Part shown: positions 1-12,230 of the stretch, piece after piece
Numbering within the stretch: position 1 is the first letter of the stretch
Layout: every line of letters starts with the position of its first letter
Assembly: GCF_001194135.2 (NCBI RefSeq)
Contig: NC_068985.1
Coordinates: forward strand, 54,477,658-54,541,657
From: Octopus bimaculoides
Lineage: Eukaryota
Direction of reading: 5' to 3'
Length of the DNA stretch: 64,000 nt
The notes under the pieces: model-generated
Seen by the model: the letters and a program-made list of their open reading frames with translations, nothing else
Database searches by the model: none
Told to the model about the DNA's origin: nothing
Position numbers and translations under genes: made by a program

Positions 1-1760
1 CAGATGTGGCTAGGTTAAATGCTTAACTGTTAAGGAGGGAAATGTCGTAAAGAAATGTTACACAGTGGTCAGAGAGGGGAGATAATTAATAAGAATGCTG
101 GCATATTTAAAAATATAGGAATGAGGTAAAAATGAAGAGAACAGAACACGCCTGTTATTAATGGCTTAGCCAGTCAGTGGCAGAAGGAAAATACCAATTA
201 ACCTTTTTCAGGGCTGTCAAAGCTGATGGGAGGGAAGGAATAAGTTTCACTCAGACAGGAAGTATAATCTAAATACTTGCAAAAGTGTGGACTTTGCTAA
301 AGGCACCTTGGGACCAGGTGGGGGTCATTAAATTAGATTAAGTATAACATTTAGAAACTAGATGATGATCAGTAAGAATGTTGCAAATTTGAAAAATTCT
401 GAATAGTGGAAATTAGAGTCAGATGAAGGGAGGAATAAAGTGTATTTTAGTAGTTGCCAAAGTGCAAATATGTCAAAGAGGAGAAGGTTAACTAGAAGAA
501 TGATAGGTATTCATTAATGTCTGCAAGTAAGAAAGTACCTAGAATAAAAACAAGGTTATTTTCTCTATGCTTGTAGGTGTAGGATGAACCCTTGTGTAAA
601 GTGACTCTGCAGACTGAGAAGCTAAGGACTGGCTTGGTAAAGTTTCACTGGTCCAAAGAGTGGCTTGGTGAACTTTTACTTTCTTTCTTCTGATCCTCAA
701 ATTGCTTCTATATTTCTCTGTTCTCTTTCTTTGAAAACAGACTAAAATCAGAGCAATCTGTTGGTCAGAAACTTCCTTCCCCCTCAGCAAATCCTGACAT
801 CTCGCAATGCTTCAGATTTTTATTCTACAATTTTTCCTTTATCTCCAGTAATACATTCATAACTGGCCTCTAAACCCAATCGCAAATCATCAACCAGAGT
901 GACTATACCTCTACCAACGTTATTTACTACCTCACCAGTAAACTGACTATCATCTAGCTGATCACTTCTGCAAGCACTTCTTCAGTGTTCACAATAGCAT
1001 CCAATCATTCTGTAAAACTTTAGCTAGACATGCCACTCCTTGTCTAAATCCAACATGCCATTCCTTGGATCACCTCTCAGCTTGTGGAGTAACCTCTCAA
1101 TATATCTGTAATCACTAAGAAAATTACTTCATCTCTCCTTCAGAAACTTCCTTACTTGTAGGCATTAATGAATTCATCTCATTCTCCCGATCAACCTCTT
1201 TTCCTTTAACATGGTAGTGTTTGTCAACTTTTGTTGAATTATTTTCTTTCTCTTCTTCCATCCTTAACTCATTCTTCTCCCTCACTTCTTCCTGGACTCT
1301 TGTTGATCATCTAGATGTATTCCCCTTTTTTCATTTTTGTCCCTTCCCTCCACTCACCTCATGCTTTTCAAATTTGCCAATATTCTTGTTGATTATCAAC
1401 CCATTCTGACTGATCAAAACAGAGAAATTATCTCAGCTGTTCTGGCAGTGGGCAGTTTTATTGATTATCACCCCTATCAATACACATTTCATCTCCTAAA
1501 CTTCCCCACTCCTTTATTCTTCACTATTTTTTTATTATTATCTCTATTTCTCACAACTCCCATTCTATTCATTCTGTATCATCAGATAACCTATTTCTCC
1601 AACATATTGTTCTACCTGTTAGATTTGTCTTCCTTCCCCACATTAAATCAAATTATTCCACTTCTTAGCTGTATATATTTACTGATTCTTAATGCAGACC
1701 ATTGCTAATTTCTTCAGATCCTACTTTTTATTTTCTTAGTAATTACCTTACTGACTCCTA
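1..1760. mobile_element. Very old LINE relics (endonuclease-like, CR1/L2-type?), two related pieces in opposite orientation
   Basis: The reverse complement of ~350-400 (ttttcaaatttgcaacattcttactgatcatca) resembles 1365-1398 (ttttcaaatttgccaatattcttgttgattatca); the ORF 1337-1708 segment AVLAVGSFIDYHP weakly resembles the APE GDFN.H motif. Confidence 0.3.
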
Positions 1761-1809
1761 AATCTTGTTAATATCATTTGCAAGGGCTACTAAAATTCAT
1801 TTGCTTTAA

Positions 1810-2026
1810 CCCTTCAGCATTCAGATTACTCTGTCAAGTGATACTTATTTACTAACATTGTTTTAAATTAAAATAACATTATCTTGAAGCTTCAAGATTT
1901 CAATAATATGATTGTTTATATTTAAAACAACATTGTAGGTAATTCTGAGAGGTCAGATCTGGTTGATTTGAACTTAAAACAGGTAGAATATTTGGGCTGG
2001 ATATGGCCTGTTTAAATGCTAAAAGG
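1810..2026 (+). mobile_element. ~217-bp piggyBac-like MITE; other copies at 3262-3478 (-), 27388-27607 (-), ~52640-52850 and 52854-53073 (+)
   Basis: TIRs CCCTT(T/C)AGCATT...AATGCTAAA(A/G)GG flanked by TTAA or a degenerate TTAA; shared internal sequence. Confidence 0.7.
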
Positions 2027-3940
2027 TTGATCACTTTGGAACCAGTAATGTCACATGTCTGTCATTTTTGGCAATGCAACTTAGGCAGCAATATTAATCA
2101 CCAGTTAGTACATATAATTATCTCATTTGATGGTATCTCCTCAAAGTCTTAATGTCCTTTGTGCTGTCCCCTGCTATTTTTTGATGGAAAGAGGAGTAGC
2201 ACGTACCTTAGTCTTTGGTCTGAATATTCAAACTGAAGCTACAGTTTACTTCTACAGAGGAATTCATTGTTAGTTAAGCTGATGCTGATGGCCTTAGCCA
2301 GAATAAGCTTCATTGAGTGGGCTTTGCAGTTACTAAAGAGCTTCACTTATTAGGTCTCCTGGGTCAAAGGAAAGACAATGCCAATACATCTAAGAGACAA
2401 CATGAGTCAATAAAACACATACCAGAAAACTACAGATGACTTGTCTTAATTGCATAATCCAGCTCCTGTTAATTGCATAACTTTCCAAACCACTGAACCA
2501 TTTACCATCAAATCTATGTGGAATTTATCAGTTAATTGCATTAAAAAAATTACATTAGTTTGTGTTAATTGCATACGATTCTATTTGTGATTATGAATTG
2601 AATGTTGGTTAAATATAGCATAAAATTAAACATTGATTTGATATGAATAAAATGATTCTGGAAGCTTCTATTTTCACAATTAGCTAATATAAAAGTCAGT
2701 CAGTACTTCGTGTTTACAAACAACCAGTGTTAAAGGAGTTACAAATATTCAAAATATTCTTATCATTTTAATGAAATATAGACTATCAAACTTCAGATTC
2801 CAGTGTAATTTTTATCTCTGTGATTGCAGATAGAGGGTGTTATGTATAATAAAATCCTTGACTAAATAAATCGTTTCTAGATAAGCTTTACAGAAAGATA
2901 ATTTAGAATGAAGCAGTGAATGGATACGGTTTTGTTGTTTACACTACTGACCATATTAACTTGTGATTAAACCTAATCAATAATTTTTTTTCAAATTTTT
3001 ATCACCTTAATTGTTGACATGGAATAATAAAAACTATGTAATCTCATTATTGTCATAGTGTAAATCTGGCAAGAATTGATAATTGAAGAAGAATATCAAT
3101 TAACATTGTGGAAGATGTAAAAAGTATGTAATCAATATTGTCATCTAATCTGGCTTGAACTGAAGTGATAAAAAAGATGGAATCATTATTGTTGGCTAGT
3201 ATAAATTTGACTAGAATTGGTAATTGAAGAATATCAAAGAACATGAGTAAATTATGTTTAATCCTTTAGTGTTTAATCCGTCCATATCTGGCCCAAATAT
3301 TCCACCAGTTTTATGTTCAAACTGTCCAGATCCAGCCTCTCGTGCCGCCCTAGAATATTATTCTAAAAATATACAATCACATCATCGTAATCTCAAAGCT
3401 ACAAGGTAATGCATGATTAATTCAAAACAATGTAAATAAATAAGCATTACATTTGACAATAATTTGAATGTTAAAGGGTTAAACCATTAAGATGTAAAAC
3501 ATAATGGAAGTAAAAAAGAGATACATTTGGTGCTTTATTATAGAACCCATACATGTGTAACAAAACCATAAAATTTTGTACTTCATTTCTACTTACAATG
3601 TAAATTCAGTTAATTGCATGAGAATTTCAATCATGGAGGTTGTGCAGTTGAGTGGAATCAACTTTACTATTTAGTCTATGAGTTGATTAATTACTCTCCA
3701 CAAAAATAATTTAGCTTGATGTATAATGAAAAAAAAACTAATATTGCTGACAAGAGTATCAGCCACTTTGAGACGTGATGAATCAAGATATAGTTAGAGT
3801 GTATATTTTGTTTGTAATACATAATACTCTGAGAGAGTCTTTTATTAGTCTCTTACTTTTGATATAATCATTTAACCTTTGTTGATCTCTCTTTGTCTCT
3901 ATCTCTATCTTGTTTTATCTCTCTCTCTCTTTCTTTCCAG

Positions 3941-4076
3941 TGGTCATATAGCGGAACGTGTCAATCTTCGGTACTTTCTATCCTGTGGTATGTTACTCAG
4001 TGGTATTTTAACAGCTGCCTTTGGATTTGGTTATTTCTTCAACATCCATTCTTTAACTTACTATATTTTTGTTCAG
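3941..4076 (+). CDS. SLC37A2: SLC37A1/2-type sugar-phosphate exchanger, first exon visible in window ((S)GHIAERVNLRYFLSCGMLLSGILTAAFGFGYFFNIHSLTYYIFVQ)
   Basis: Polypyrimidine tract and ttccag acceptor; cag|gtaggt donor; the peptide resembles the vertebrate SLC37A2 segment GERLPLRYYLSAGMLLSG as I recall it. Orthology to A1 versus A2 is not resolved. Confidence 0.93.
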
Positions 4077-5643
4077 GTAGGTCTTCAGTTATGTTTCCTC
4101 TTTCTTTGAGCATGAGCCAAGTTCATGGTAAATATCTCAGGAATATAGTTAACATTACACAAGATTAAAGGCACAGGAAATAGGTAAGATGGTGGATGGA
4201 TAAAACTATTCTAGTAGTTTGTTACAGATCTCTATTTAACTCTTGCTTGAGTGAAATTTACTTTTCATTCTTCTACAGTTAACATTAAAGCTTTATGGAT
4301 AAGCTATTATTAACTAAAACCTGAAAGGTTTTCATTTTCATTAGTGACTTTGCCATTGTACTCTTAAACTAGATGCACTTTGGGTAGTTAATATTAGAAG
4401 AGACATTCTTATATAATTTTCCTCCTGCTCATCATCATCATTGTTTTAACATTCACTTTTTCATGCTTGCATGAGTCAGAAAGAATTCAACCAGATGCTC
4501 TTCCTTTCACCAACTTCACCTGTTTCCAAACTAGTTAACACTTCCCAATAGCCTGACATGTTTCTCATGAAAAATTATAAATGTAATGTAAGCCATCATG
4601 CAGTGTCAAGACAAAGCATCTGGACGTTCACACACATCACACATATACGTACATGTGTACACAATGAGCTTCTTTCAGTTTCTGTCAACCAAATCCACTC
4701 ACAAGGCTTTGGTTAGTTCAGGGCTATAATAGAAGACACTTGCCCAATGTGTTACACAGTGGGACTGAACCCCAAACCACATGACTGGGAAGCAAGCTTC
4801 TTAATCATACAGCCATGCCTATACCTATTATCACAGATTATTTTCTTTTTTTTTTTTTCTGGTTTTGCCAGAGGAAGAAAGACTTTCCTGGACTTCTGAT
4901 ACTGTTAGGACTTCATATCAGACACCTGGCTTGAATGCTTGCAACAGAATGAATTCTTCTTAAGGTATCCAAGGGCCAAATGGTAACATTAAGAGGATGG
5001 ACTATTGGTGCCACCCAGGAACAAGAACAGTCCTTCCAGTGGCATTCCACAATATCTATATTGATCAGTCCAAAGCTGTGGTAGAAGACATTTACACAAG
5101 ACATTGTCACAGTGTGATAGATATTGAAACCATATTCTTGTGAAGCAAACTTTCATCTTTCCCATCTACCCATCTTTCATTCCTCATCTCCTAGCATAAA
5201 GGTATCCCCTTGGGGTTCATAGTCTTGCAAACTGCATGATTGCCTCACTAGTGATGGTGTCATGAAAAAAGCACCCAACCCATGTTGTAAAGTGGTTGGT
5301 ATTAGGAAGGGCATCCAGCCACAGAAACCATGCCTAAGCAGTCACTGGAGTACAATACATTAGATCCTATCAAATTGTTCAACCCACACCAGCATGTCAC
5401 ATGGATATTAAATGATGATGATGGTGTTAGGAAGGGCATCCAGCTGTAGAAACTTTGCCAAATTAGATTGGAGCCTGGTGTAGCTACCTGGTCCACCAGT
5501 CCTCAATCAAATCGTCCAACTCATGCTAGCATGGAAAGCAGACGTTAAACGATGATGATGATGATATACACACACATCTATCTCATCCCATCTCTTCCTC
5601 TCTCTTGATATATGTATGTGTTTGTGTGTGTATATATATATTC

Positions 5644-6040
5644 GCAGGCATGGCTGTCTAGTAAGAAGCTTGCTTCCTAACCACATGGTTCCAGGTTCAG
5701 ACCCACTGCATGGAACCTTGGGCAGGTGTCTTCTACTATAGTCTTGAACCAATCAATACTTGTAGGTGGATTCAGTAGATGGAAACTGAAAGAAACCCAT
5801 TGTATATGTGTGTGTGTGTCTTTGTGTCTGTGTTGTCCCTCACCACCGCTTGACAACCAGTGTTGATGTGTTTACATTCCCATAACTTAGCAGTTCATCA
5901 AAAGAGACCAATAGAATAAGTGCCAGGCTTTAAAAAAATAAATCAAGACTGGGGTCAATTCATTCAACTAAAAATTTTTCATGGCAGTCCCCCAGCATGG
6001 CAGCAGTCTAATGACTGAAACAAATTTAAAAAAAAGAAAA
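5644..6040 (+). mobile_element. tRNA-derived SINE family A (octopus type, internal (TA)n(TG)n); copies at 4660-4825(-), 14233-14586(-), 19690-20010, 21610-21770, 24770-24990, 43374-43772, 49267-49660, 60915-61065(-), 63585-63705
   Basis: tRNA-like head GCAGGCATGGCTG..GTAAGAAGCTTGCTTCC..GGTTCAG, conserved body and A-rich tail, repeated many times in the window. Confidence 0.85.
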
Positions 6041-6047
6041 ACGGAAT

Positions 6048-6093
<46 letters not shown>

Positions 6094-6103
6094 TACATGC
6101 ATA

Positions 6104-6317
6104 CAGGGTGAGCCAAAAATCACACACCAATACATATGGCATTTTATTTATATTATGTTGATTATTATTATTCATTTTGTTCATTATGTGCTAGTACATG
6201 TGTATTCACCATTATTTTATTTATTTATTTTCTTCAATTTTAGAAAAATTGAAGCATGTCTTTGACAATTACAGAGCATATTAAACTTATTTGGTGCATG
6301 ACATTTGGCTCATTCTG
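6104..6317. mobile_element. Tc1/mariner-type MITE
   Basis: Imperfect TIRs CAGGGTGAGCCAAAAATCACACACCAAT / rc CAGAATGAGCCAAATGTCATGCACCAAAT; TA on the left. Confidence 0.55.
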
Positions 6318-6473
6318 TGTGTATGTGTGTGTACTTAGTATATATCTATGGATTTCGACAAACACTGTATATAGTTTTAGAAGATAGGTAGCAAAATAAT
6401 TTAAAAAACTTAAGTCCCATTTCATATGATAAAATTATAATTTCTTACTAATAACTTTTCTCTCACTTTTCAG

Positions 6474-6550
6474 ATATTCTGTGGTTTATTTCAAGCAACA
6501 GGATGGCCCAGTGTTGTGACTTACATGGGGAATTGGTTTGGTAAAGGGAA
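6474..6550 (+). CDS. SLC37A2: SLC37A exon 2 (IFCGLFQATGWPSVVTYMGNWFGKG-N)
   Basis: tttcag acceptor, AA|gtaagt donor; carries the conserved GWPSVV..GNWFGKG motif; 77 nt, phase 0 to 2. Confidence 0.95.
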
Positions 6551-7789
6551 GTAAGTAGAATCAAAAATCGTTCATAAATCATGTTAATAAGAGACCAACA
6601 GCAACTTGTTTCTACTTTGACTATCATAAGACTTTCATCACTAACATCTCAGTTTCAGATTTTGACAAAACGCCAGCAATTTCAGGGGTCGGGGATAGTC
6701 AATTACACTAACCTCAGTGTTCAACTGGTACTTATTTTATCAACCCCCAAAAGGATGAATGGCAAAATCAACCTCAGCAGAATTTGAACTCAGAATGTTA
6801 AAGACAGATGAAATGCTGAAAGCATTTTGCCTGGTGTGCTAACAATTCTACCAGCTCGCCATCCTAACTTCGTCATTAATATCAATACTGATTTGGTATT
6901 ATTAACATTAATAAAGTATTGATGCATTAATATCAATATTTTATTATGTAAATGTTGCTGAACGAGAAGTGTCCGACAAAGACTTGTTTTTGCTTTGATT
7001 ATCATATGACCTTCTTCACTAATATCAATAATATCAATACTTAGCATCCCAATCATTATTTTATTGATTTCATTATAACCAGTAACTTCATTTGAGTATA
7101 AAATGTGAACATTTATCCTGTTTTGTAAACCTGTATTTTATATGCTTAAATGAAGCCAACAGAATTATAAAAAGTTGTTGATTAGCCCCACATCAGCCCT
7201 GATCCAGTTGACCTATTATCTGGCCAGCTGTCTTTTTGTCTAAGACTACATTGTCTAACATACACTCTTATTTAACACGGTAAGGTGTAAATTTCAAGTA
7301 GATTTGGCTGTTATGTCTAGTAAGTCAAGCAAACATGACTGCATCCTTATGCAAGTAAGAAATTCACTTCCCACTGCACTGCACTTTAGGTAAGAATCTT
7401 CTGCCATAGCCCTGTGCTTCCCAAAACTTTGGGAGTGGATTTGATAGAGAGTAACTGAAAGAAGCTTGTCTTCATATGTATACATGTGTGTGTAAAAGAG
7501 AGAGAGAGAGAAGTGTTTACATATTCTTTGAATGCACAAGCTACAAGCAGTGACACTGTTGTCATTTCAGCTGTCAAAAAAACATCATACACACTTCAGA
7601 GATGTGCAAAATAAAAGATCCCTTACTTGGAAAACAAATCAGGTTAGCAACAGGAAGGGCATCCAGCTATAAAACTTTGCCTATTTATATATTTGTCTAA
7701 CCCATGCTAGCATGGAATAATGAATGTAAAATGAGTGAAACTCCCTCAGTTTGAGGTAATATTTATCCCCACGTAAACGTGGATGTTCT

Positions 7790-8080
7790 GTTAGAACAAA
7801 ATATACTGCAGTAGTTACCATGAGAGAAACTCTCATATTAGCTTTTGGCACCATGAGATATTCACCATGAGTTTGAGTTTTTACATAATTGCTAAGCTTA
7901 CTCAGAGTAACAGCCAAATCTTCAAAAACACCCTATCATCTTCAGCATGAAGATTGCATGATATAATTTGAATATGTCTGACTTAAAGACATGATGATTA
8001 CTGCTAGAACACTGATTAAATAATAAAGACAGTCCAAATTGATGTCTCATATCTGCATATCTAAGGTGATGCACTTGGTG
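7790..8080 (-). mobile_element. Degenerate LINE reverse-transcriptase relic
   Basis: The minus strand gives an (H)AEDD in a YADD-like context followed by ..LAVTLSKLSNY; several frameshifts. Confidence 0.35.
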
Positions 8081-9044
8081 CAGTGTTCTCATCATTCAAT
8101 AGACAATTTCCCTATTTTTGATACTCTGGAGTTAATCACTGGCAATCTAGATGTTGGCAAATGTTTGGATCAGTATCTATTTGTCATGGTTTAAATAGTT
8201 ATTGACATTCAAGTCTATCCCTCCCTTTTTCTCAACCCACTTGCTAATTTATTCCCTCTCCCCTGTTTTCCTCATCCTCTCCTGTTCATTCCTCTGCCTA
8301 GAATCATTGCACATTCCCTCTTCTATTCTCCCTCTCAGCTTTGGGACCACTTTAGGCCCTTAACCTTACATATTACTAGGCAGTCATCACTGGTGCTGGT
8401 GCCACAATAAAAAAAAATACCCATTACACTCTGCAAAGTGGTTGGTAACAGGAATGGCATAATGCTGTCACCCAACTCATCAGTCCTTGTTAAACTGTCC
8501 AACCTATGACAGCACAAAAGACTTGCATAAAATGAAAATGATGATGATTCAAGTGTTTGCATTGATGTTGGGAGCAATTGGTTGACTTTTACTTTCTCTT
8601 TCAGAGAACACTTTAAACATTAATAGCATCAATCTAGGAGGGCCTGAAAAAACTCATGAGCAGTTTCTTCCCCCAGACCTAAGTTAAAGCAAAAAAAGTT
8701 AAAAAAAAAGAAGAAAAAAAACAATAGTAGAAAATTTGGGTAATCTTTCCACTTTCTTCACATACTTTAGATCTTGTACTAAACCATTCACCCAATTCCT
8801 CTCACCCAGAACTGTGACACTTTACAACTCATTTCCAGCCCATCTTTTCACCTCAAGTAAAAGAGCCAACCATCATCAATGAATGATGAGGCTTGACAAA
8901 ATATACCATGCTTTTGTTTTAGGTGCATATGTAATCACAAGCTGTCATAGGCACCTTCTCATTCTCCCACCCTTTGATTCACAGGCACATCTAGGACATG
9001 ACAGTCAGGGTGGAGGGAGGGGAGAAAGAGGAGTACATCAATAT

Positions 9045-9450
9045 TACTTTGCTTCTGTTTGCTTCATGCTCTTGCTTGATGGAGCTGAGGTGATCCCAGA
9101 GACATCATCATGTGTAGAGCTGACCAGGTCTACCAGTGCTTTCCATTGCTGGTGGTCCAGTGCTAGACCCTCTGCATCCTCCAAGACGACATCAAGCCTT
9201 CGGAGATCTTCCCCAGTCATGTTCAGCTGCATCTACAATGGATTGACACTCTCCATTCTTCTCTATGGAGCAGAAATGTGGCCCCTCTCGAAGACCTTGG
9301 CAAAAGGATTGCCAACTTCAATAGCTGAGCCCTGAGAACTATCAAGGACATTAGTTGGTACCATCTCATTTCCAACAAACAACTGTGTGTGTGCACACAT
9401 CAGACCACAGCCTCCTACCTTATAGCTGTCCATCTCCTGCTAGATATCAT
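9045..9450. mobile_element. RTE-clade LINE 3' fragment with an inverted 5' part
   Basis: Minus 9045-9225 encodes EDLRRLDVVLEDAEGLALDHQQWKALV; plus 9230-9450 encodes IYNGLTLSILLYGAEMWPLSKTLAK. Confidence 0.7.
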
Positions 9451-10026
9451 CCTACCAGGGCTTTACTTACATTTGACATCAGCATTAGCCTGGTACTAAT
9501 TCTTAACTAAATAGACTGGAGCAGTGTGAAATGAAGAGCCTTGCTCAATGACACTATGTACATTTTTTCCTTTTTTTATGGCTGGGTTCCACGTTGGGCC
9601 ACAGCAACAAAGTTCCCCCGCCACACCTCTTGGTCCAACATCACTGCCTCAAGTTCCTGGATACATTCCAAGCCAGTGTCTATGGTCAAGGTTGTCAATG
9701 TAGGTGTAATGATGTTTTCCTTTTCTTACATCAACGAGAAGTGGGTTCCAGAAGACTAATTTAGATACTTCCAGTTTAGAGTGGTGCATGCAGTCACCAG
9801 ATAGTTGCAGCCCTCTTTGCTTTTTTTGTCTCACTAACTTTTGGCTGGTGTCTGTAAAGGCATTCATTTGTCATATGTTGCTGCCATTTCACATTATGAT
9901 TGTAAAAAAAACTACTGTGCTACAGAAGGTTGAGAACTACTGTACTTCTTTAATGGAGATTCAATAAAGATCATAACTAATTTATTATCAAATGTGTAAT
10001 TTCTGTTTTTTGTTTTTTAATTTCAG

Positions 10027-10193
10027 CCGTGGATTGATAATGGGAATATGGAATTCTCATACATCAGTAGGAAACATTCTTGGTTCTGTTATAGCTGGAG
10101 AATTTGTTGAAACAAATTGGGGATGGTCTTTCGTTGCTCCTGGAATAATTATTGGAGCCATGGGTATTTTTGCCTTTCTATTTATGATTCACA
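10027..10193 (+). CDS. SLC37A2: SLC37A exon 3 (RGLIMGIWNSHTSVGNILGSVIAGEFVETNWGWSFVAPGIIIGAMGIFAFLFMIH-K)
   Basis: tttcag acceptor, A|gtaagt donor; carries the RG.IMGIWNSHTSVGNILGS signature; 167 nt, phase 2 to 1. Confidence 0.96.
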
Positions 10194-10611
10194 GTAAGTA
10201 AAGTTTGATAAAACATTCTTAATTAACTTTGTCAATCATATATGTTTGACAGGTACACATAATTAAATCAATTATGTTTTCAAATTTTAGAGTGCCAGCA
10301 TGAGCAGTGTGATTAAGAAGTTCACTTTGCAACCATGTGATTTCAGGTTCAGTTCCACTGCTTGGCACCTTATATTATCTTACATGGTAACAAGTGACAG
10401 GAAGAGGATCCAGTCATAGAAAATCAACCTCAGGGAATTCATCTGACTCCTGCAATCATGGCAGAGTCAAGAAGCGCTGATCTCTAATTATGGAGTGAGC
10501 ATGTGGGAAGGGTAGACTTGAGAAGACATATCAAGCTAAGTAAAATCATGGCTGTCCATGCATACAGACATATGCTCTCCATCCCTCTCTCAGCCAAGAG
10601 ACCCTTGCCTT

Positions 10612-10745
10612 GTGGGCTTGTGGGTCTTGGTGTCATGTAAAAGCACCCATGACAGTGCCATGTAAAAGCACCCATGCCTGTGCCATATAAAAAAAGCACC
10701 AATGCTGATGCCATGTAAAAAGCACCCATATCAGTGCCGTGTAAA
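10612..10745 (+). repeat. ~26-bp minisatellite (GTGCCATGTAAAAGCACCCA..) x5, derived from the RTE 3' UTR motif
   Basis: Direct tandem units are visible. Confidence 0.75.
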
Positions 10746-10955
10746 TGCAGGAGCACTACGACTCAGCAAGTAAAAACTCAGTAAGTAACATTTCAACAAG
10801 TGCCTCAACTTAGCAAGCACTAACATTCACACATACATACATCTATATATACACACACGTGCACGCATACACACACACACATATACACACACATATATAC
10901 ATATACACACACATATATATATATATATATGCAGACACACACACACATATATATA

Positions 10956-11166
10956 CTGGGTGGCCCAAAAGTAGGTTTACAGTTATCACATAGGCACTTT
11001 AAATTTCTTTTAAAACATTTCATTGCATTTAAATTTCTATCTTGCAGTTAACTAAATTAGCATAGAATAATAGTTTCAAATTTTTTTATAATTAAGATCT
11101 AAACTGCTAATATATGAATGCGAAAGAGATAGTTGAATAACTGTAAACCTACTTTGGGCCACCCTG
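10956..11166. mobile_element. 211-bp Tc1/mariner-type MITE
   Basis: ~30-bp TIRs C(T/A)GGGTGGCCCAAA(A)GTAGGTTTACAGTTAT with TA on both sides. Confidence 0.85.
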
Positions 11167-11561
11167 TATACACATACACACTCACTTAGTTCGTACTTGT
11201 TATGTTAGTACTTGCAGCACTTGCTGAAATGTTACTGGTTGAGTTTTTACTTGCTGAGTTAGGGCGTAATCTGTAAATGCACTCATGCCAGTGCCACATT
11301 TAATGCACCTAGTACCTGCTGTAAAGTGGTTGGTGTTACAAAAGACATCCAGCTGTAAAAACCATGCCAAAACAGACAAATGGTGCTGGCATGACAGCAT
11401 GGAGAATGTACATTAAATGATGAGGAATATCAAGTTATTAGGGAGTAAGAACTTTGAAATCAGTATCCTTGTTTTGTGAGTTTAAAAATGCAGTTTATTT
11501 TCAGACAATTACCATTTTGTGAAATTTGATAATATTTTCTAATTGTGAAATATCATTTTAG

Positions 11562-11602
11562 AACCTGAATATGTTCAGTGTACTCCTCCAGAACATGCAG
11601 AG
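11562..11602 (+). CDS. SLC37A2: SLC37A exon 4 (K-PEYVQCTPPEHAE)
   Basis: catttttag-like acceptor (tatcattttag), GAG|gtaact donor; resembles vertebrate HPEDVDCAPPQH; 41 nt, phase 1 to 0. Confidence 0.85.
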
Positions 11603-12230
11603 GTAACTCAATTTCTTTACTAATTTTCCATTTTAATTATCTTAATGTTATTTTCATTGATTTTTTACATTCCCTTCATTCTCTACTTAGCATCTGTGTG
11701 TGTGTGTGTGTGTGTACAATTTACAGTCAACAGGGAAGCATGTATGTGGTTACTCAAATCACATTACTGTGTTAAAAAAGAAAGGGCACATTCAGTAATG
11801 TACTCCTAAGTATACTATGTCTGGAAAAGATGATGTCATACACAATACAGTAGTAAGGGTGCTTATACACAATATGCTGAGGACAGTTCATTCGTTTTTA
11901 CAATTTTTTTTTTTTCATGCTAGCATAGTTTAGACAAATATGTTACAGCAAGATACCCCTCCTGATGCTAACCCTTACCTGTTTTGCAGGGGATCTCTTA
12001 GTCTACACAGCTATAAAGGTACAAAGTGAGCAGGCAATTTATTGGCAGGAGAAATGCCAACAAGTGCAACTCATGAATATCATGACTCTAGTATAAATGA
12101 GTGCAAATGTAAACACATACACACAAACATTGTTGTGCATCTTGGATTTTCAGAACAACATGGGGATTTACCCTAACCTTGACTACAGTCATTCTTGTTA
12201 GCTATGTACTTGGCGATATATATATATATA

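Noticed and set aside
3053-3244. ORF with an internal repeat (DILQLPILVKFIL / DILLQLSILARFTL)
   Set aside because: Simple local duplication in AT-rich DNA with no coding evidence
1-3940. Upstream SLC37A exons (expected ..AYAIGMF..)
   Set aside because: No matching exon found; they probably lie before the window
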